Source of the DNA: Thecamonas trahens ATCC 50062
Taxonomy: Eukaryota > Protista > Apusomonadida
Length of the DNA stretch: 64,000 bases
NCBI RefSeq assembly: GCF_000142905.1
Contig: NW_013657612.1
Coordinates: forward strand, 76,328-140,327
Direction of reading: 5' to 3'
The stretch's first letter is position 1; each line of letters starts with the position of its first letter. Of the stretch, positions 11,089 to 21,676 are shown piece after piece. A model generated the notes under the pieces. The model did not search any database. It was not told where the DNA came from and worked only from the letters and a program-made list of their open reading frames with translations. Position numbers and translations under genes: made by a program.

Positions 11089-11892
11089 CTACGCGTCCCA
11101 AGTGACCTGGATCGATGACGGCGAGAGGATATGGGCCTGGGAGGAGCAGACCGGGTCCTCCTGCTTGGCCTGCCAAGTGGGCGTGACGCGGTTGTTGGCG
11201 ACCTCGACCTCGATGTTGGTCCAGGTCACCTTGCCGTCGGCCGGGAGACCCGAGCACGACGACTGGTGCTCGACGACAAAGTAGCTGAGCGGGTACTTGA
11301 CGCCCTGCGCCGGGACCTTGGTCGTCACCGACTGGCCCTTGGCCTCGCAGGCGATGTACATCTCATACTCATCGGTCGACGGCAGGTAGGTGATCGAGGC
11401 GTAGATGGCATCGCCAGGCACAACCTTGAACGCCTGCGACTGGTGCCAGCCGGCATGCGGGCCGCTCCACACAAACCATCCGTTGAAGCACGTGTAATGC
11501 AGATCACCGTCGCCAAAGGCCAGAATCGGCTGCACAAGGTACGTGTTGTCCGCGTTCTCCACGCTGATCCAGAACCCTGGCGCGCGCGACGCAAACTTGT
11601 CACTCGGGTACGCGGGCACCGTCCAGTTGGCCGCAAGGAAGGTAATCGAATCTGTCCCGTACACGCCACCACACACACACGCCCCTCAGTGCAGCTGTAA
11701 GTAGCGCCCCCCCCTCCCCCCCCATCCCTCTCCGATCAGGATCAGGTGCCACCGCCGATCACCATTACCCGAAAAAGGCCACTTACCGTCAGCGCTGTAC
11801 TCTGCGTACGAGAGCCACGACGAGGCCGGGTCCTGGGCAGCAGTCGCAACCGCAAGGGCGACAAGCACCACACACACAAGCACTGTGTTCAT
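11089..11892 (-). CDS. Secreted glutamic peptidase family G1 (eqolisin)-like protein. Exon 1 is 11892-11787, intron 11786-11652
   Basis: Signal peptide MNTVLVCVVLVALAVATAA. The GTAAGT...GACAG intron gives G|AT (Asp) in phase. WTVP, LVQP, PGDAIYASI and VVEH are spaced like the G1 Gln/Glu dyad. Confidence 0.6.
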
Positions 11893-11968
11893 ATCAAGGC
11901 AAGCCGTGACAAGTGTACCCTCCCCTCCCCTTCCCCTTCCCCCCCCCCCTCGTTCACCACCTCCACCA

Positions 11969-12022
11969 TGATCGATCACCACCCCCCTGATCGATCACCG
12001 CAACCTTACTGCTGATCGATCA
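11969..12022. promoter_or_regulatory. Three copies of the palindrome TGATCGATCA(CC) in a divergent intergenic region
   Basis: Copies at 11969-11978, 11988-11997 and 12013-12022, between ATGs at 11892 (-) and 12050 (+). Regulatory role is inferred. Confidence 0.45.
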
Positions 12023-12049
12023 CCACCCCACCCACCCCCTCCTTGCCCC

Positions 12050-13270
12050 ATGGCCTCCACCAACCTCCCCGACTTCCACTCTCCGCAATGGCAGTGGTGG
12101 TCAAGCTACCGGGCCATGTTTGGTGGAGAGGCTTGGCGGGTCCTGTCTGCAGCGCGGGCAGAGCCTGTGGTACCACTGGCTACCCACGTCGGCATGAAGC
12201 TCAAGCTGGCCTCGCTCACCTCGCCGCTTGTCGGCGGACCTTTGGCGGTCCATGTCACCCACTGTGTGGTGCCGTCTGCCGGCGGAATGGCGTCATGGAT
12301 GCGAGCACATGCTGAGCGACTTGCTCTCTCTCGAGCATCGGCCAAAGACGGCGAGTGCAACCGCCCGCACTCGCTCCTCGCCCTTTGCGGCATGCTCGCA
12401 GACTCGGCCACATCAGTTCGTCTCGTCATGGATCCGCTCGACTCGCGTGCTGTACTCCGCATTGTCGCTGTCGAGCCCAATGTGGATGCCCCCAGCTGGG
12501 CTCGCTGGATCCAGGTCGGCGTCCACCCGGGCGAAGCCAAGGTCGGCTACGAAATGCGCACGCCGCAGTTTGACGCCGGCTCCACCCTCGACCTGGTCTC
12601 GGATCGCGACGCGGTGACCTCGTGGATAGCTGCGCAGCGATCAGTATGCCAGGTGACTTCCGCCATTCGCTCTGCGCTGGGATTTCTCGTCCCGTCGCTT
12701 GCGCCAAAGACGTCGGCGTTAGACGAGCTGGCCTCGTTCGCTGCCCGCGACGCCGACGGAGACCAGCTGCACATCCGGGTCGGCGCGCAGGGCAAGGTCT
12801 CACTCTCGCCATCATGGGCGTCATCTTTTGCCACCTCGCATCTGGCAACCGTCACCGCTGACGTCGCTGCCGCCGTTGTCCGGGGCGACGGCTCTTTCGA
12901 GGCCGGTCTCGCATCCGAGTCGGCCTTCACCGCCGCCCGCGCCTACCTCTACCTCTGCACCACCCTCCCCGACACGCGCAGGCTCGAGCTCGTCGCCGAC
13001 GCCGAGCTTGCTCGCATTGACCCAGTCCGCGACGCCCAGAGCTCGCTCGCCCTTGCCGCCCGCGCCGCGGCCCGCCTCGAGATCCTCTCCGGCGTCCATC
13101 TCTCCCTCGCTGGCCACTCATCCGGCACTGTCGCTGCATCGCTCTCGTGGCACGCGCCGCTCACAACCGGACCTATCTCATCCCTCTCACTCACCCTCGG
13201 CGTCATGACTTCCATCGTCTCTGCCGCTGACAATCTCGTCAGTTGGGGCGGTCTCACCCTCGAGGCTTAG
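12050..13270 (+). CDS. Hypothetical protein (406 aa)
   Basis: Long ATG-initiated ORF with codon style like its neighbours. No family recognised. Confidence 0.6.
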   Translation: MASTNLPDFHSPQWQWWSSYRAMFGGEAWRVLSAARAEPVVPLATHVGMKLKLASLTSPLVGGPLAVHVTHCVVPSAGGMASWMRAHAERLALSRASAKDGECNRPHSLLALCGMLADSATSVRLVMDPLDSRAVLRIVAVEPNVDAPSWARWIQVGVHPGEAKVGYEMRTPQFDAGSTLDLVSDRDAVTSWIAAQRSVCQVTSAIRSALGFLVPSLAPKTSALDELASFAARDADGDQLHIRVGAQGKVSLSPSWASSFATSHLATVTADVAAAVVRGDGSFEAGLASESAFTAARAYLYLCTTLPDTRRLELVADAELARIDPVRDAQSSLALAARAAARLEILSGVHLSLAGHSSGTVAASLSWHAPLTTGPISSLSLTLGVMTSIVSAADNLVSWGGLTLEA

Positions 13271-13385
13271 CCCGGCCGAGTCCTGCGCGAGCCAACAACA
13301 AAATGGCCAACCACCGACCACCGCCCCCCCCCCAGCTACCCACACACAACACACACACATTGCACCACTTCACGTCGCTGCATCC

Positions 13386-16300
13386 ATGGCCAGCTCCACG
13401 CCTGCCTTCCACCGGGTAGCAGCGGAGCACCTCTCGGCGAGTCTGCAACGGCTTGCATCTGGCCCACCTCGTGCGGTGCTCTCTCGGCTCCTCCGGCTCT
13501 CGCCGCTGCCAGCCGAGGGCAAGCTCCTCTCGCCACGGAGCGCATGGTGCTTGGTGGCTGTGGGCAACGTAGCTGCTTCATCTTCGCCGCAAAATGCGTC
13601 TTTGCTTCTTCCTCATGTCACGCAACATCTTCATGCCCTTCATGCCTTTCTCAAGGCAGACTCGCTCAAGCCGTCGATGTCATCGCTTGTCGCTTTCTCG
13701 CCCTCATCGCCCTCATCGCCCTCGACCACGCCTCGCCTCGCTCATCGTCTGCATCCATCAACATCGTTTGAGAGTGAGGCTCAGAGCGGGTTCGGGAGCA
13801 ACGCCAACGGCCACGGCTCGCATCAGCTCCCGCTCTTGCTGCGGGCAAAGGGCCGGGCGACCAACTCGACGGCGGCAGAGGAGTTTTTTGCAGAGCTCAC
13901 CACTGCGCTCCTCGCCGCCGTCGCCGTCCACGATGTGGAGCACAAGGCGGTGTTTGGTCCACTGGTGGCGCTCGTTGAGGCCTTTGACGTCTCCCGCCCA
14001 CTTCACGCCCGGATGCTTGCAGCTATGCTCGCCGCCATGGCCTCGGCGCCGTCCCACGCCTGCACCGTCTGCCTCGTCCCGCTCTCGACGGAGCTCCTTT
14101 CGTTTGTAGCGAACCTCTTCTGTTCGCTGGGCGACAGCCTCCCGCTTCCGGTCCTCGGCTCGCTCCGTTCATCCCTCCTCCAGCTGGCCAACACCCTCAT
14201 CCTGACCTCGCCGAACCTGCAGAGTACGCCCGAGACGGCGGCGCTGTACTCGGCGGCGCTGGCAATGGTGGGCTCGGCCAAGAGTTCCCGGGTCGCCCAT
14301 CCGGCTGCGGTCACGCTCCTTGCCACCATTGGTTGCGCCCAGCCGGCCAAGACCCGTGCCGTTTTTGACACCCTCGTTGACGTCCTTGACGAGCCGGTTG
14401 AGCCGAGTGCGCTCTCGATGGCACAGACACTGGCGGTCCTTGACGCCGTGCTGGCCGGACTCGCACGCCTCACCGCTGTCTCGCGCACCCTCCGCCGCGG
14501 CTTTGTCGCCCAGCTCCAGGACGTCCTCTTCTCGCGCTGGTTCATGGCTGCGCTCTCGTTCTCGACTCCGCACAAGGGCGACGAGGCGTTGCGCAAGCGG
14601 GTTACTGCTGCGCTTGCCAATGGCCTCCTCGACACCCACGGTGCGCTGCCCGACTCGGCAGTCGCGCTCCTCTCAGCGTTTGTCCTCGAGCTCGCGTCGC
14701 GCGTGACCGAACTCATGGCAGCGGCGACGGCGCCGCGACCCACAGGCACGCCTGCCTCGGACACCTCGCTCTCGACCTCGCTTGGCACGTTCTTCATCGC
14801 CCTCCTCGGCGACGTCGCAGTCCGGTTTGGTGTGCCGTCGGTCTCCAAGGTTGTTCTCAACCACTATGTGTCCTCGCTTGACACGGCGGACGACGACTCG
14901 ACCTTTGCCGGGCCGATTGTGGCGGCGCTCACCACTATGGCACTCGCAGCCGCCCGCGCCGACTCGTCGTCGTCGGTCCTCACCGAAATTCTCTCCCTCT
15001 TCTCGCGACTTGCACAGCGCGCAGCGCCTCGGCTTGCGCGCGCCTTTCCGTCGGCACTCTACTTGCATGTCATGGACGCTTTTGTCGCGCTCGGCAACGG
15101 CCTCGATTCGGCGTACATGCGCGCCGACCTCGGTGCCCGCCTCGTCCAGATCTTTGTTCTCCTCGCCCGCCAGTCGCTCTCGGGCCTCACGGCCACCGAC
15201 TCGGCGTCGGTGCCTAACAACCTGACCCAGTCGCAGCTCCGCGCCGCGGCTGCTCCGCTCACTCACCTCCTTCCACCGATTGTGGCGCTTCTCTCGTCAA
15301 CAACCCCGGACGACATCCTCTTCCCGCGCATCACCACCGCCAAGATCTACCACTCGCTCTGGGCGTACTGCGTCCTGTTCCAGATGCCCGAGGAGGGCGT
15401 GTGGCCGGCACCGGTCTTCGAGTCAGTCGTCAAGCTTGCCAGCCGTATGCCTGTGCTCATCGCTCCGGCGCTCACCCACTCGTTCTCCGAGTTTGTGGCC
15501 GAGCTCAACGACGCCATCCTCCCGTTTCTCCCGCGTGATGCGCCGACGACCCTCACCATGGCGCTCGCTGCCGCCCTCCCGTCGGTGGCGCGGACCACAC
15601 TCACCGCGCTCGGCACTGTCCGGGCCTTTTACCTGTACGCGGTGTACAAACTCGAGTCGCTCCGCTCGGCCTCGCTCTTCATCATGCCGTCGTTTGTCTA
15701 CCTCGAGGACTCGGAGCTCGCCACGTCTGGCCCGCTCCACGACGCACTCAAGGCCCTCCCGCATGTACTGCTCGCCGACTTTTTGGCGGTGCTTGCGCTG
15801 CCGCCGGCGGTGCACAGCTCGCTGATGGCCCAGCCCAAGTGCCCAGCTCCGGCGTCGGGCCTGTGCGGATGCAAGGCAAGGATTGAGGAGGAGCATGCGA
15901 TTTTTTTGGCTGCGTTCATGGCGCACCAGTACAAGGACATCCGCCACGTTGCTGCCGACATTCTCCTTGCCCTTGTCCGTGGCTCGACTGCGCTGCTCAC
16001 CTCAGTCCGCGCTCTCCGGTTCCTCATGGACTTGCTCGAGGTACTCGCAGCCTCGGTCAACGTGGGCGTCTCGCCTGCGTCGGAGATCCCGGTCACACTC
16101 CGGCCCGAGGAGCTTGCTCTCCGCCTCCCCAACCTCGACCACTCGGTCACACTCCCGCTCGACCTTGCCGCCCGCGCCGCTGTTCTCGGCAACGTTGCCT
16201 CGGTTGCCTCGGCCTGGCTCTCTGCCGGCATGCAAGCTGCACCGGCGCAGGTTCAGGCAGTCATCTCGGGCATGCTCCGTGACTTTAACCGACTTGCTGG

Positions 16301-19300
16301 CCCGGCGCTCCCTCACCTCGACGGCCTCATTTTGCGGGTAGGCTCGCTCACGGACCCAGTGCTCGACTCGTTGGTGACGCCCAAGGCCAGCGCCGAGCAC
16401 GCACGCCTCGCTGCAACCTCGCATCGGCAGCAGACAACATTTGGTTCACAGCTTGTGCGCGAGTCGTACCACACCGGGCTGGTTGTCGGCATGGTGTCGT
16501 CTGGCGTTGATGTCGTGAGCCATTTGCTGGCAGCAGTCGACGCCGCGCTCGCTGTCCCTGGACCGGTCCCGGGGCGGCCGGCCTGGTCCCACGACATTGC
16601 CTCGCTCACCTACACGCTTGCAGCGTATGTGGTGCGAGCATGCAGCTCGGGTGAGCCGGTTTCATCGTCGGTCCTCGACGCGCTCACTCTGCTTCCGGTC
16701 AAGGCCTTTACGCGGGCCTCGCTAGAGGTTGGCGTCTCGGCGTGGGCGTGGGTAGTCGGGTCAGAGCCAGCACTGGACGCGCTCCTCCTTGCGCGCCTGG
16801 TCGAGCTGTGGGACTGGAGCCAGACGAGCCGTCTTGGCCTCTTTGCACCCGATCCCGAGGCTGCTGATTCAGTCGCCGATGCCGGCCCGCACAAGACCTG
16901 GCTCGTCTACCTCCACGAGCGGCTGACGGGCTCAGTAGCGTCTGCGGCTGCCGTGGCGGCGCTCCTGCACACGCTTGTCACTCACGCACTCCACGACCCG
17001 CTCGGTCTCTCGGTTCACCCGTCGGCGCTCCCAGCGCGGCTCGCGCTCTTGGACCTCGGGCTCAAGCTCGCGTCCGGTGCGGCGATTCGCCGGCCGGCAG
17101 CTGGCGCGCCGTCGCTGGCGCTCACCGGCGCGTCGGGCTCGGGTGAGCTGAGCGCGGGCTCTGGCGAATGCGAGTCGCAGGCGTCGGGCCCTGCCGCAGC
17201 TGGACAAGTTGGCGAAGTCGGCGAGTGGAGCGGTGCGGGTGTGGCGATGTCGTCGCTCGGCGAGACCGGGTACGTCGAGTCGCCGCGGCCGGGGCCGACG
17301 CTCGATGTTCTTGGCTCGCTTATTCTCCGCGACGTGGTGTACAACGGGCTTCTCACCTGGTTTGTCTCGCACTCGGCCTGGTTCCGCGGCGATGATGAGG
17401 GCAACCACGAGGCGCTCGCGCAGCTCATCGAATTTGCGCGCGCGCTGCAGTCCGACGGTGACGTGCTCACCCAGCTGGTGAGTGCTCTGGAGGAGATGCA
17501 GGGCGGCGAGGATGCAACGACGAGCGCAAGCGTGGTTAGCGAGTTTGACGCCGCAGACGCTGCGCCGCTTGTCGACTGCCTCCCGCTGCTGTACTCGCTG
17601 CAGGACCGGCGGCACCTTGCGCTTGTGCTACTCGCGTCGGAAATTGAGCGGTTGGCGACGTGGACCAACCCGCTGCACATGCCTGGGCGTGCGGTTGCGG
17701 GCGCAAACGAGTTCCCCATCCCATCGCCGGCGGACGCACCCAAACTGTGGAAGGAGCTGGTGGAGGTGGCGTGGACGACGCTGCCGCGGCTGGCTGTCCA
17801 GTTGACAAAGCGGTTCCCGGCTGCGCTCATCCGGCGGCAGGTGGAGGCGCTGGTGCGGGCCAATGCTGCTGCGCTCATCGATGTGCCCGAGGCCATTCCG
17901 CTGTTGGTGACCGAGGCGAGCGTGCGAGCGAACGCGCCGGCGCTCCGGCTCCTTGTCTCGTGGGCGCCGTGCGAGGCGGCGACGGCGGTGGCGCTTCTCT
18001 CGTGGAAGTCTGTACCGCCGCACAACCTCGTGGTTCAGTACGCGCTGCGTGTTCTCCGCGGCCTGCCTGTGCGCGACGTCATCTTCTTCATCCCGCAGCT
18101 TGTACAGGCACTCCGCGCTGATCCGCACGGGTACATTGCGCAGTTTCTGGCGGCGTCTGCGGCCAAGTCGTCGATTGTGGCACACCAGCTGCTGTGGAAC
18201 ATGAAGACGTATCAGGAGAAGAACGACGATGGCGAGTTCCTTGACGGCCTCCTCGGCCCGCTCTGCACCCGCCTGGAGGAGACCATCCTGGGCAACTTTA
18301 CGGCGGAGCAGGAGCAGTTCTACCATGACGAGTGGTCGTTCTTTGAGGCGGTGACCCAGATCTCGGGCGTCCTTGTCCCGCTCAAGTCGAAGCCCGAAGA
18401 GCAGCGGCAGAAGCTTTACGACGAGCTGGACAAGATTGTGGTGGGCGAGGGCCAGAAGCTGTACCTTCCATCGGACGTGACACAGCTGGTTCGCGGCGTC
18501 AAGTACCGGTCGGGAGTGTGCCTCAAGTCTGCGGAGAAGGTGCCGATTCTCATCACGTTTGCGGTGGAGGAGTCGGACGAGCTCTTCAACGAGGGCCACG
18601 AGTCCGAGTCCGAGTCGGACGATGACGACGTCGGCGACGTTGGTGGGCAGGGGTGGGGCGAGAGCTCGTCTCAGGCCTCTGCGAGCGATCGCGGTGAGAG
18701 TCTGGCGCTGAGCGGGGCAGGTGGTACGGCGGGAGGCGCACCGTCGCTCCGCTGGCAGGGCTGCATCTTCAAAGTCGGTGACGATGTGCGGCAGGACATG
18801 CTCGCGCTTCAAGTCATCAAGCTCTTTGACGCGCAGTTTAAGCGGATTGGGCTCCCGGTCTACCTCTACCCGTACAACGTGGTGGCGACCGGGCCCGGAT
18901 CTGGCGTCATCGAGGTGGTGGCCAACGCCAAGTCGCGCGACGAGCTCGGGCGAGCCAACGACATGCCGCTCAAGGAGTACTTTATCTCACGGTACGGGCC
19001 GGAGGACTCTGCCGACTTTGCGGCGGCGCGACACGAGTTTATCGCGTCGACGGCCGGGTACTCGGTGGCGTGCTACCTGCTCCGGCTTGTTGATCGCCAC
19101 TCGGGCAACATCATGCTCCTGGGCTCGGGTCAGATGGTTCACATCGACTTTGGCTTTATTGGTGGGCTCTCGTCACCCGGCGGCGATCTCGGCTTTGAGC
19201 GCGCGCCGTTCAAGATGACCAACGAGATGGCGGAGCTGATGGGCGGGAAGAACTCTGAGCACTTTGCACTCTTCCGCGAGCTGGTTGTCAAGGCATACCT

Positions 19301-19538
19301 GGCGGTGCGCCCGTTGGCGCCGACGGTGGTGGCGCTCTTTGAGCTCCTCTCCGAGACTGGGCTCCTCTGCTTCAAGCCGGGCCTCCTCCCTCTCCTCCTC
19401 GACCGGTTCAAGCCGCATCTGAGCGAGGCGCAGGCCGCGGCGTATGCGTCCAAGCTGGTGGACGACTCGTTCGACATCACCACGTATCTCTACGACAAGC
19501 TGCAGAACATCCAGAACGGGATTGCGTTCTACAAGTAA
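13386..19538 (+). CDS. PI4KA: Phosphatidylinositol 4-kinase type III alpha (STT4-like)
   Basis: 2050 aa. PIK helical domain (VQYALRVL, FFIPQLVQALR, AHQLLWNMK) and kinase motifs IFKVGDDVRQDMLALQ, DRHSGNIM, HIDFGF, FERAPFK. Confidence 0.95.
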   Translation: MASSTPAFHRVAAEHLSASLQRLASGPPRAVLSRLLRLSPLPAEGKLLSPRSAWCLVAVGNVAASSSPQNASLLLPHVTQHLHALHAFLKADSLKPSMSSLVAFSPSSPSSPSTTPRLAHRLHPSTSFESEAQSGFGSNANGHGSHQLPLLLRAKGRATNSTAAEEFFAELTTALLAAVAVHDVEHKAVFGPLVALVEAFDVSRPLHARMLAAMLAAMASAPSHACTVCLVPLSTELLSFVANLFCSLGDSLPLPVLGSLRSSLLQLANTLILTSPNLQSTPETAALYSAALAMVGSAKSSRVAHPAAVTLLATIGCAQPAKTRAVFDTLVDVLDEPVEPSALSMAQTLAVLDAVLAGLARLTAVSRTLRRGFVAQLQDVLFSRWFMAALSFSTPHKGDEALRKRVTAALANGLLDTHGALPDSAVALLSAFVLELASRVTELMAAATAPRPTGTPASDTSLSTSLGTFFIALLGDVAVRFGVPSVSKVVLNHYVSSLDTADDDSTFAGPIVAALTTMALAAARADSSSSVLTEILSLFSRLAQRAAPRLARAFPSALYLHVMDAFVALGNGLDSAYMRADLGARLVQIFVLLARQSLSGLTATDSASVPNNLTQSQLRAAAAPLTHLLPPIVALLSSTTPDDILFPRITTAKIYHSLWAYCVLFQMPEEGVWPAPVFESVVKLASRMPVLIAPALTHSFSEFVAELNDAILPFLPRDAPTTLTMALAAALPSVARTTLTALGTVRAFYLYAVYKLESLRSASLFIMPSFVYLEDSELATSGPLHDALKALPHVLLADFLAVLALPPAVHSSLMAQPKCPAPASGLCGCKARIEEEHAIFLAAFMAHQYKDIRHVAADILLALVRGSTALLTSVRALRFLMDLLEVLAASVNVGVSPASEIPVTLRPEELALRLPNLDHSVTLPLDLAARAAVLGNVASVASAWLSAGMQAAPAQVQAVISGMLRDFNRLAGPALPHLDGLILRVGSLTDPVLDSLVTPKASAEHARLAATSHRQQTTFGSQLVRESYHTGLVVGMVSSGVDVVSHLLAAVDAALAVPGPVPGRPAWSHDIASLTYTLAAYVVRACSSGEPVSSSVLDALTLLPVKAFTRASLEVGVSAWAWVVGSEPALDALLLARLVELWDWSQTSRLGLFAPDPEAADSVADAGPHKTWLVYLHERLTGSVASAAAVAALLHTLVTHALHDPLGLSVHPSALPARLALLDLGLKLASGAAIRRPAAGAPSLALTGASGSGELSAGSGECESQASGPAAAGQVGEVGEWSGAGVAMSSLGETGYVESPRPGPTLDVLGSLILRDVVYNGLLTWFVSHSAWFRGDDEGNHEALAQLIEFARALQSDGDVLTQLVSALEEMQGGEDATTSASVVSEFDAADAAPLVDCLPLLYSLQDRRHLALVLLASEIERLATWTNPLHMPGRAVAGANEFPIPSPADAPKLWKELVEVAWTTLPRLAVQLTKRFPAALIRRQVEALVRANAAALIDVPEAIPLLVTEASVRANAPALRLLVSWAPCEAATAVALLSWKSVPPHNLVVQYALRVLRGLPVRDVIFFIPQLVQALRADPHGYIAQFLAASAAKSSIVAHQLLWNMKTYQEKNDDGEFLDGLLGPLCTRLEETILGNFTAEQEQFYHDEWSFFEAVTQISGVLVPLKSKPEEQRQKLYDELDKIVVGEGQKLYLPSDVTQLVRGVKYRSGVCLKSAEKVPILITFAVEESDELFNEGHESESESDDDDVGDVGGQGWGESSSQASASDRGESLALSGAGGTAGGAPSLRWQGCIFKVGDDVRQDMLALQVIKLFDAQFKRIGLPVYLYPYNVVATGPGSGVIEVVANAKSRDELGRANDMPLKEYFISRYGPEDSADFAAARHEFIASTAGYSVACYLLRLVDRHSGNIMLLGSGQMVHIDFGFIGGLSSPGGDLGFERAPFKMTNEMAELMGGKNSEHFALFRELVVKAYLAVRPLAPTVVALFELLSETGLLCFKPGLLPLLLDRFKPHLSEAQAAAYASKLVDDSFDITTYLYDKLQNIQNGIAFYK

Positions 19539-19563
19539 AACGAGCGGCGTTTACCCGGTGGCA

Positions 19564-21483
19564 TCAAAACCACTTGGTGAGATCAAAGGCGGCGTAGGTG
19601 TTGCAGCAGGCAGCACGCCAGGTGGCGCCGTTGCCGTTGCCCCAAGCCACGTACGAGGTGAGCGAGGCAAGGTCGTTGGTGGCCGAGACGATGTTGGAGC
19701 CGGTCGGGGTCGGCTGCGGCATGGGCGGGCAGTGATACGGGTCGCCGGCAGGCTCCTGCTTGGACTTTGCGGCGACGATGGCGGTGATGTTGAGAGCCTG
19801 GTCCATGCCAACGAGGACGCCATCCTCGGCGTAGTTGACAAAGCCGTCGCGAATGAGCAGGTAGCGGAGCTCCGAGTTGGACATGCGCGACTGCGACCAC
19901 GAGTAGTACTTGCGGGTCTCGGGCGCGTATGCGGCGTTGGTCCGGTAAACAGCGTCGGTCATGGGAAAGCCGTACTGAACGGTCTTGCCCTCGTACTCGA
20001 TGGTGGCGGCGGCCTCGACAGGCGAGTCGGCATGGAAGATGTACGAGTCGATGTCGTTGGTCTCGATGACCACGCCGGCGCGATCGGGCTGCGACATGAT
20101 GCCAAAGTTGAAGCCGACGGTGTTGTGCTCGTCGTTCCAAAGTGTGAGCGCCGAGTCAAGATGCTTCGACTTTTCCATGATGTAGCGGAGGCGGAGGACC
20201 CAGGCCATGCCCTTGAACGAGATGGCCTCGCCCTCCTCGAGGTTGGCCTCGTGGACCGAGATGCCTTCGGCCGAGACACCGGCGAGGGCACCGTAGAAGC
20301 CGATAAAGCCAAAGGTGGCATGGGCCACACCGCCGTCGTTGGGCTTGAACACCGTGACGACCTTACCGGTGTTGGCGCCGGTCGACGATGCCCAGTCGAG
20401 GTTGCGGGCCGAGAACACGTTCCCGCCCTGAGTCCGGTTGCCCCAGATGCCAAACATGGAGCAGCCGAACGACTTGTAGTTGGCGTCAACAAGGGCTTGG
20501 AGGCCAGCGGCAATGCGGCGGGCACGGGCGGGATCCATGCCGTCGGCGATGAGGATGACGTCGAGCATGGTCATGACGTCCATGGTGCGGGCAGCAGCCA
20601 GGTCGGAGCCGAAAATCTCCTTCTCCAGCACATACCGGAGATCAGTGATGGTGCCAGGAAAGTTGGCCAGGGTGATGATGGTCTTGACGTCACGGAGTGC
20701 GCTGGGGTTGGCAGCGCCGATGCCGGCCAGTTCCTGGGCGTAGATGTCGGGCGTGGCCTTGCCGAGGAAGGCATCGTACTGCCAGACGCAGAACTCGCGG
20801 ACAGCCGCCTGGACCACGGCGTTCTTGGAGACCAGATTGTGGAGGAAGAGCGAGGCCAGGTCAAGCACTTTCTGGCCCACGAGGGCGCCGTAGTCGTAGC
20901 TGCGAGGAGGAGGGGGGGGGGGGTCCCCTTTTTTTTTTTTTTTTGCTTTCTTTTTTTGGTTGGGTGGTGGCNNNNNNNNNNNNNNNNNNNNNNNNNNNNN
21001 NNNNNNNNNNNNNNNNNNNNNNNNNNNNNNNNNNNNNNNNNNNNNNNNNNNNNNNNNNNNNNNNNNNNNNNAAAAAGGTCGTGAGCAGGTGATCGTGGTC
21101 GTGGTCGTGGTCGTGATCGTGGTCGTGATCGTGATCGTGATCGGGGGTGGGAGGGGCAGGGGTGGGGGGGGGGGCAAGGGGGGAAGAGAGCGGGAGGGGG
21201 GAGGGGGGGGGGGGGATGCGGTGTAGGGTGTGCGGTGTGCAGGCATGTAGACGTACCCCATCTGGTAGTGGGAGCCCTCGAGGACGAGGAGGTAGACTGG
21301 CGAGTCGTAGCCAAAGTTCTCGGCCACGCCTTGCGGAGCGGTGACGGTGTAGAGGCGCGAGGCATTGTGGCTGGCCTGGAGGGCGTAGCCTTCGGGGATG
21401 GCGGTAGAGTAGCCAACCCAAGAGCCGGTGGCAGCCACCACAAGGGCGAGCATAACCAGAGCAGAAACAGCGGAAGAGGTCAT
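19564..21483 (-). CDS. Secreted/lysosomal Ntn-hydrolase (peptidase C45/AAT, acid ceramidase-like). Intron 21256-20900 spans a gap
   Basis: Signal peptide, GSHYQMG|YDYG, nucleophile context FG-CSMF...FSARNLDW. The GTACGT...CGCAG intron gives GG|C in phase. Confidence 0.8.
   Translation of the reverse strand: MTSSAVSALVMLALVVAATGSWVGYSTAIPEGYALQASHNASRLYTVTAPQGVAENFGYDSPVYLLVLEGSHYQMGYVYMPAHRTPYTASPPPPPPSRSLPPLPPPPPLPLPPPITITITTTITTTTTTTITCSRPFXXXXXXXXXXXXXXXXXXXXXXXXXXXXXXXXXXPPPNQKKKAKKKKKGDPPPPPPRSYDYGALVGQKVLDLASLFLHNLVSKNAVVQAAVREFCVWQYDAFLGKATPDIYAQELAGIGAANPSALRDVKTIITLANFPGTITDLRYVLEKEIFGSDLAAARTMDVMTMLDVILIADGMDPARARRIAAGLQALVDANYKSFGCSMFGIWGNRTQGGNVFSARNLDWASSTGANTGKVVTVFKPNDGGVAHATFGFIGFYGALAGVSAEGISVHEANLEEGEAISFKGMAWVLRLRYIMEKSKHLDSALTLWNDEHNTVGFNFGIMSQPDRAGVVIETNDIDSYIFHADSPVEAAATIEYEGKTVQYGFPMTDAVYRTNAAYAPETRKYYSWSQSRMSNSELRYLLIRDGFVNYAEDGVLVGMDQALNITAIVAAKSKQEPAGDPYHCPPMPQPTPTGSNIVSATNDLASLTSYVAWGNGNGATWRAACCNTYAAFDLTKWF
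20972..21071. other. Assembly gap (100 N)
   Basis: Run of N inside an intron. Confidence 1.
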
Positions 21484-21542
21484 GGTGAGGAGGAGTGTAG
21501 CGATGGGGGGGGGTGCGGAAGGGGACGGCGAGGTGGTCGCGT

Positions 21543-21552
21543 GTCACGTGCG
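21543..21552. promoter_or_regulatory. CLEAR-like E-box GTCACGTGCG upstream of the Ntn-hydrolase
   Basis: 60 bp upstream of ATG 21483. A second box (AGCACGTGAC) lies at 21681-21690. Confidence 0.35.
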
Positions 21553-21676
21553 CTTTCGAACGACGTTGGTGTTGGCGGTGAGTCGGCGAGTTGGCGAGTT
21601 GGGCATGTTGGGCGGACAAGTCGTCTACCGGGTGGCGGCGGGAACAGCTGTCTCGACCACAGGCGAGTGACGGGAC

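Noticed and set aside
19444-21084. 546-aa + strand ORF and similar overlapping ORFs (for example 23635-25080, 47865-49169, 60647-61936)
   Set aside because: They lie antisense to well-supported genes and carry no recognisable motifs.
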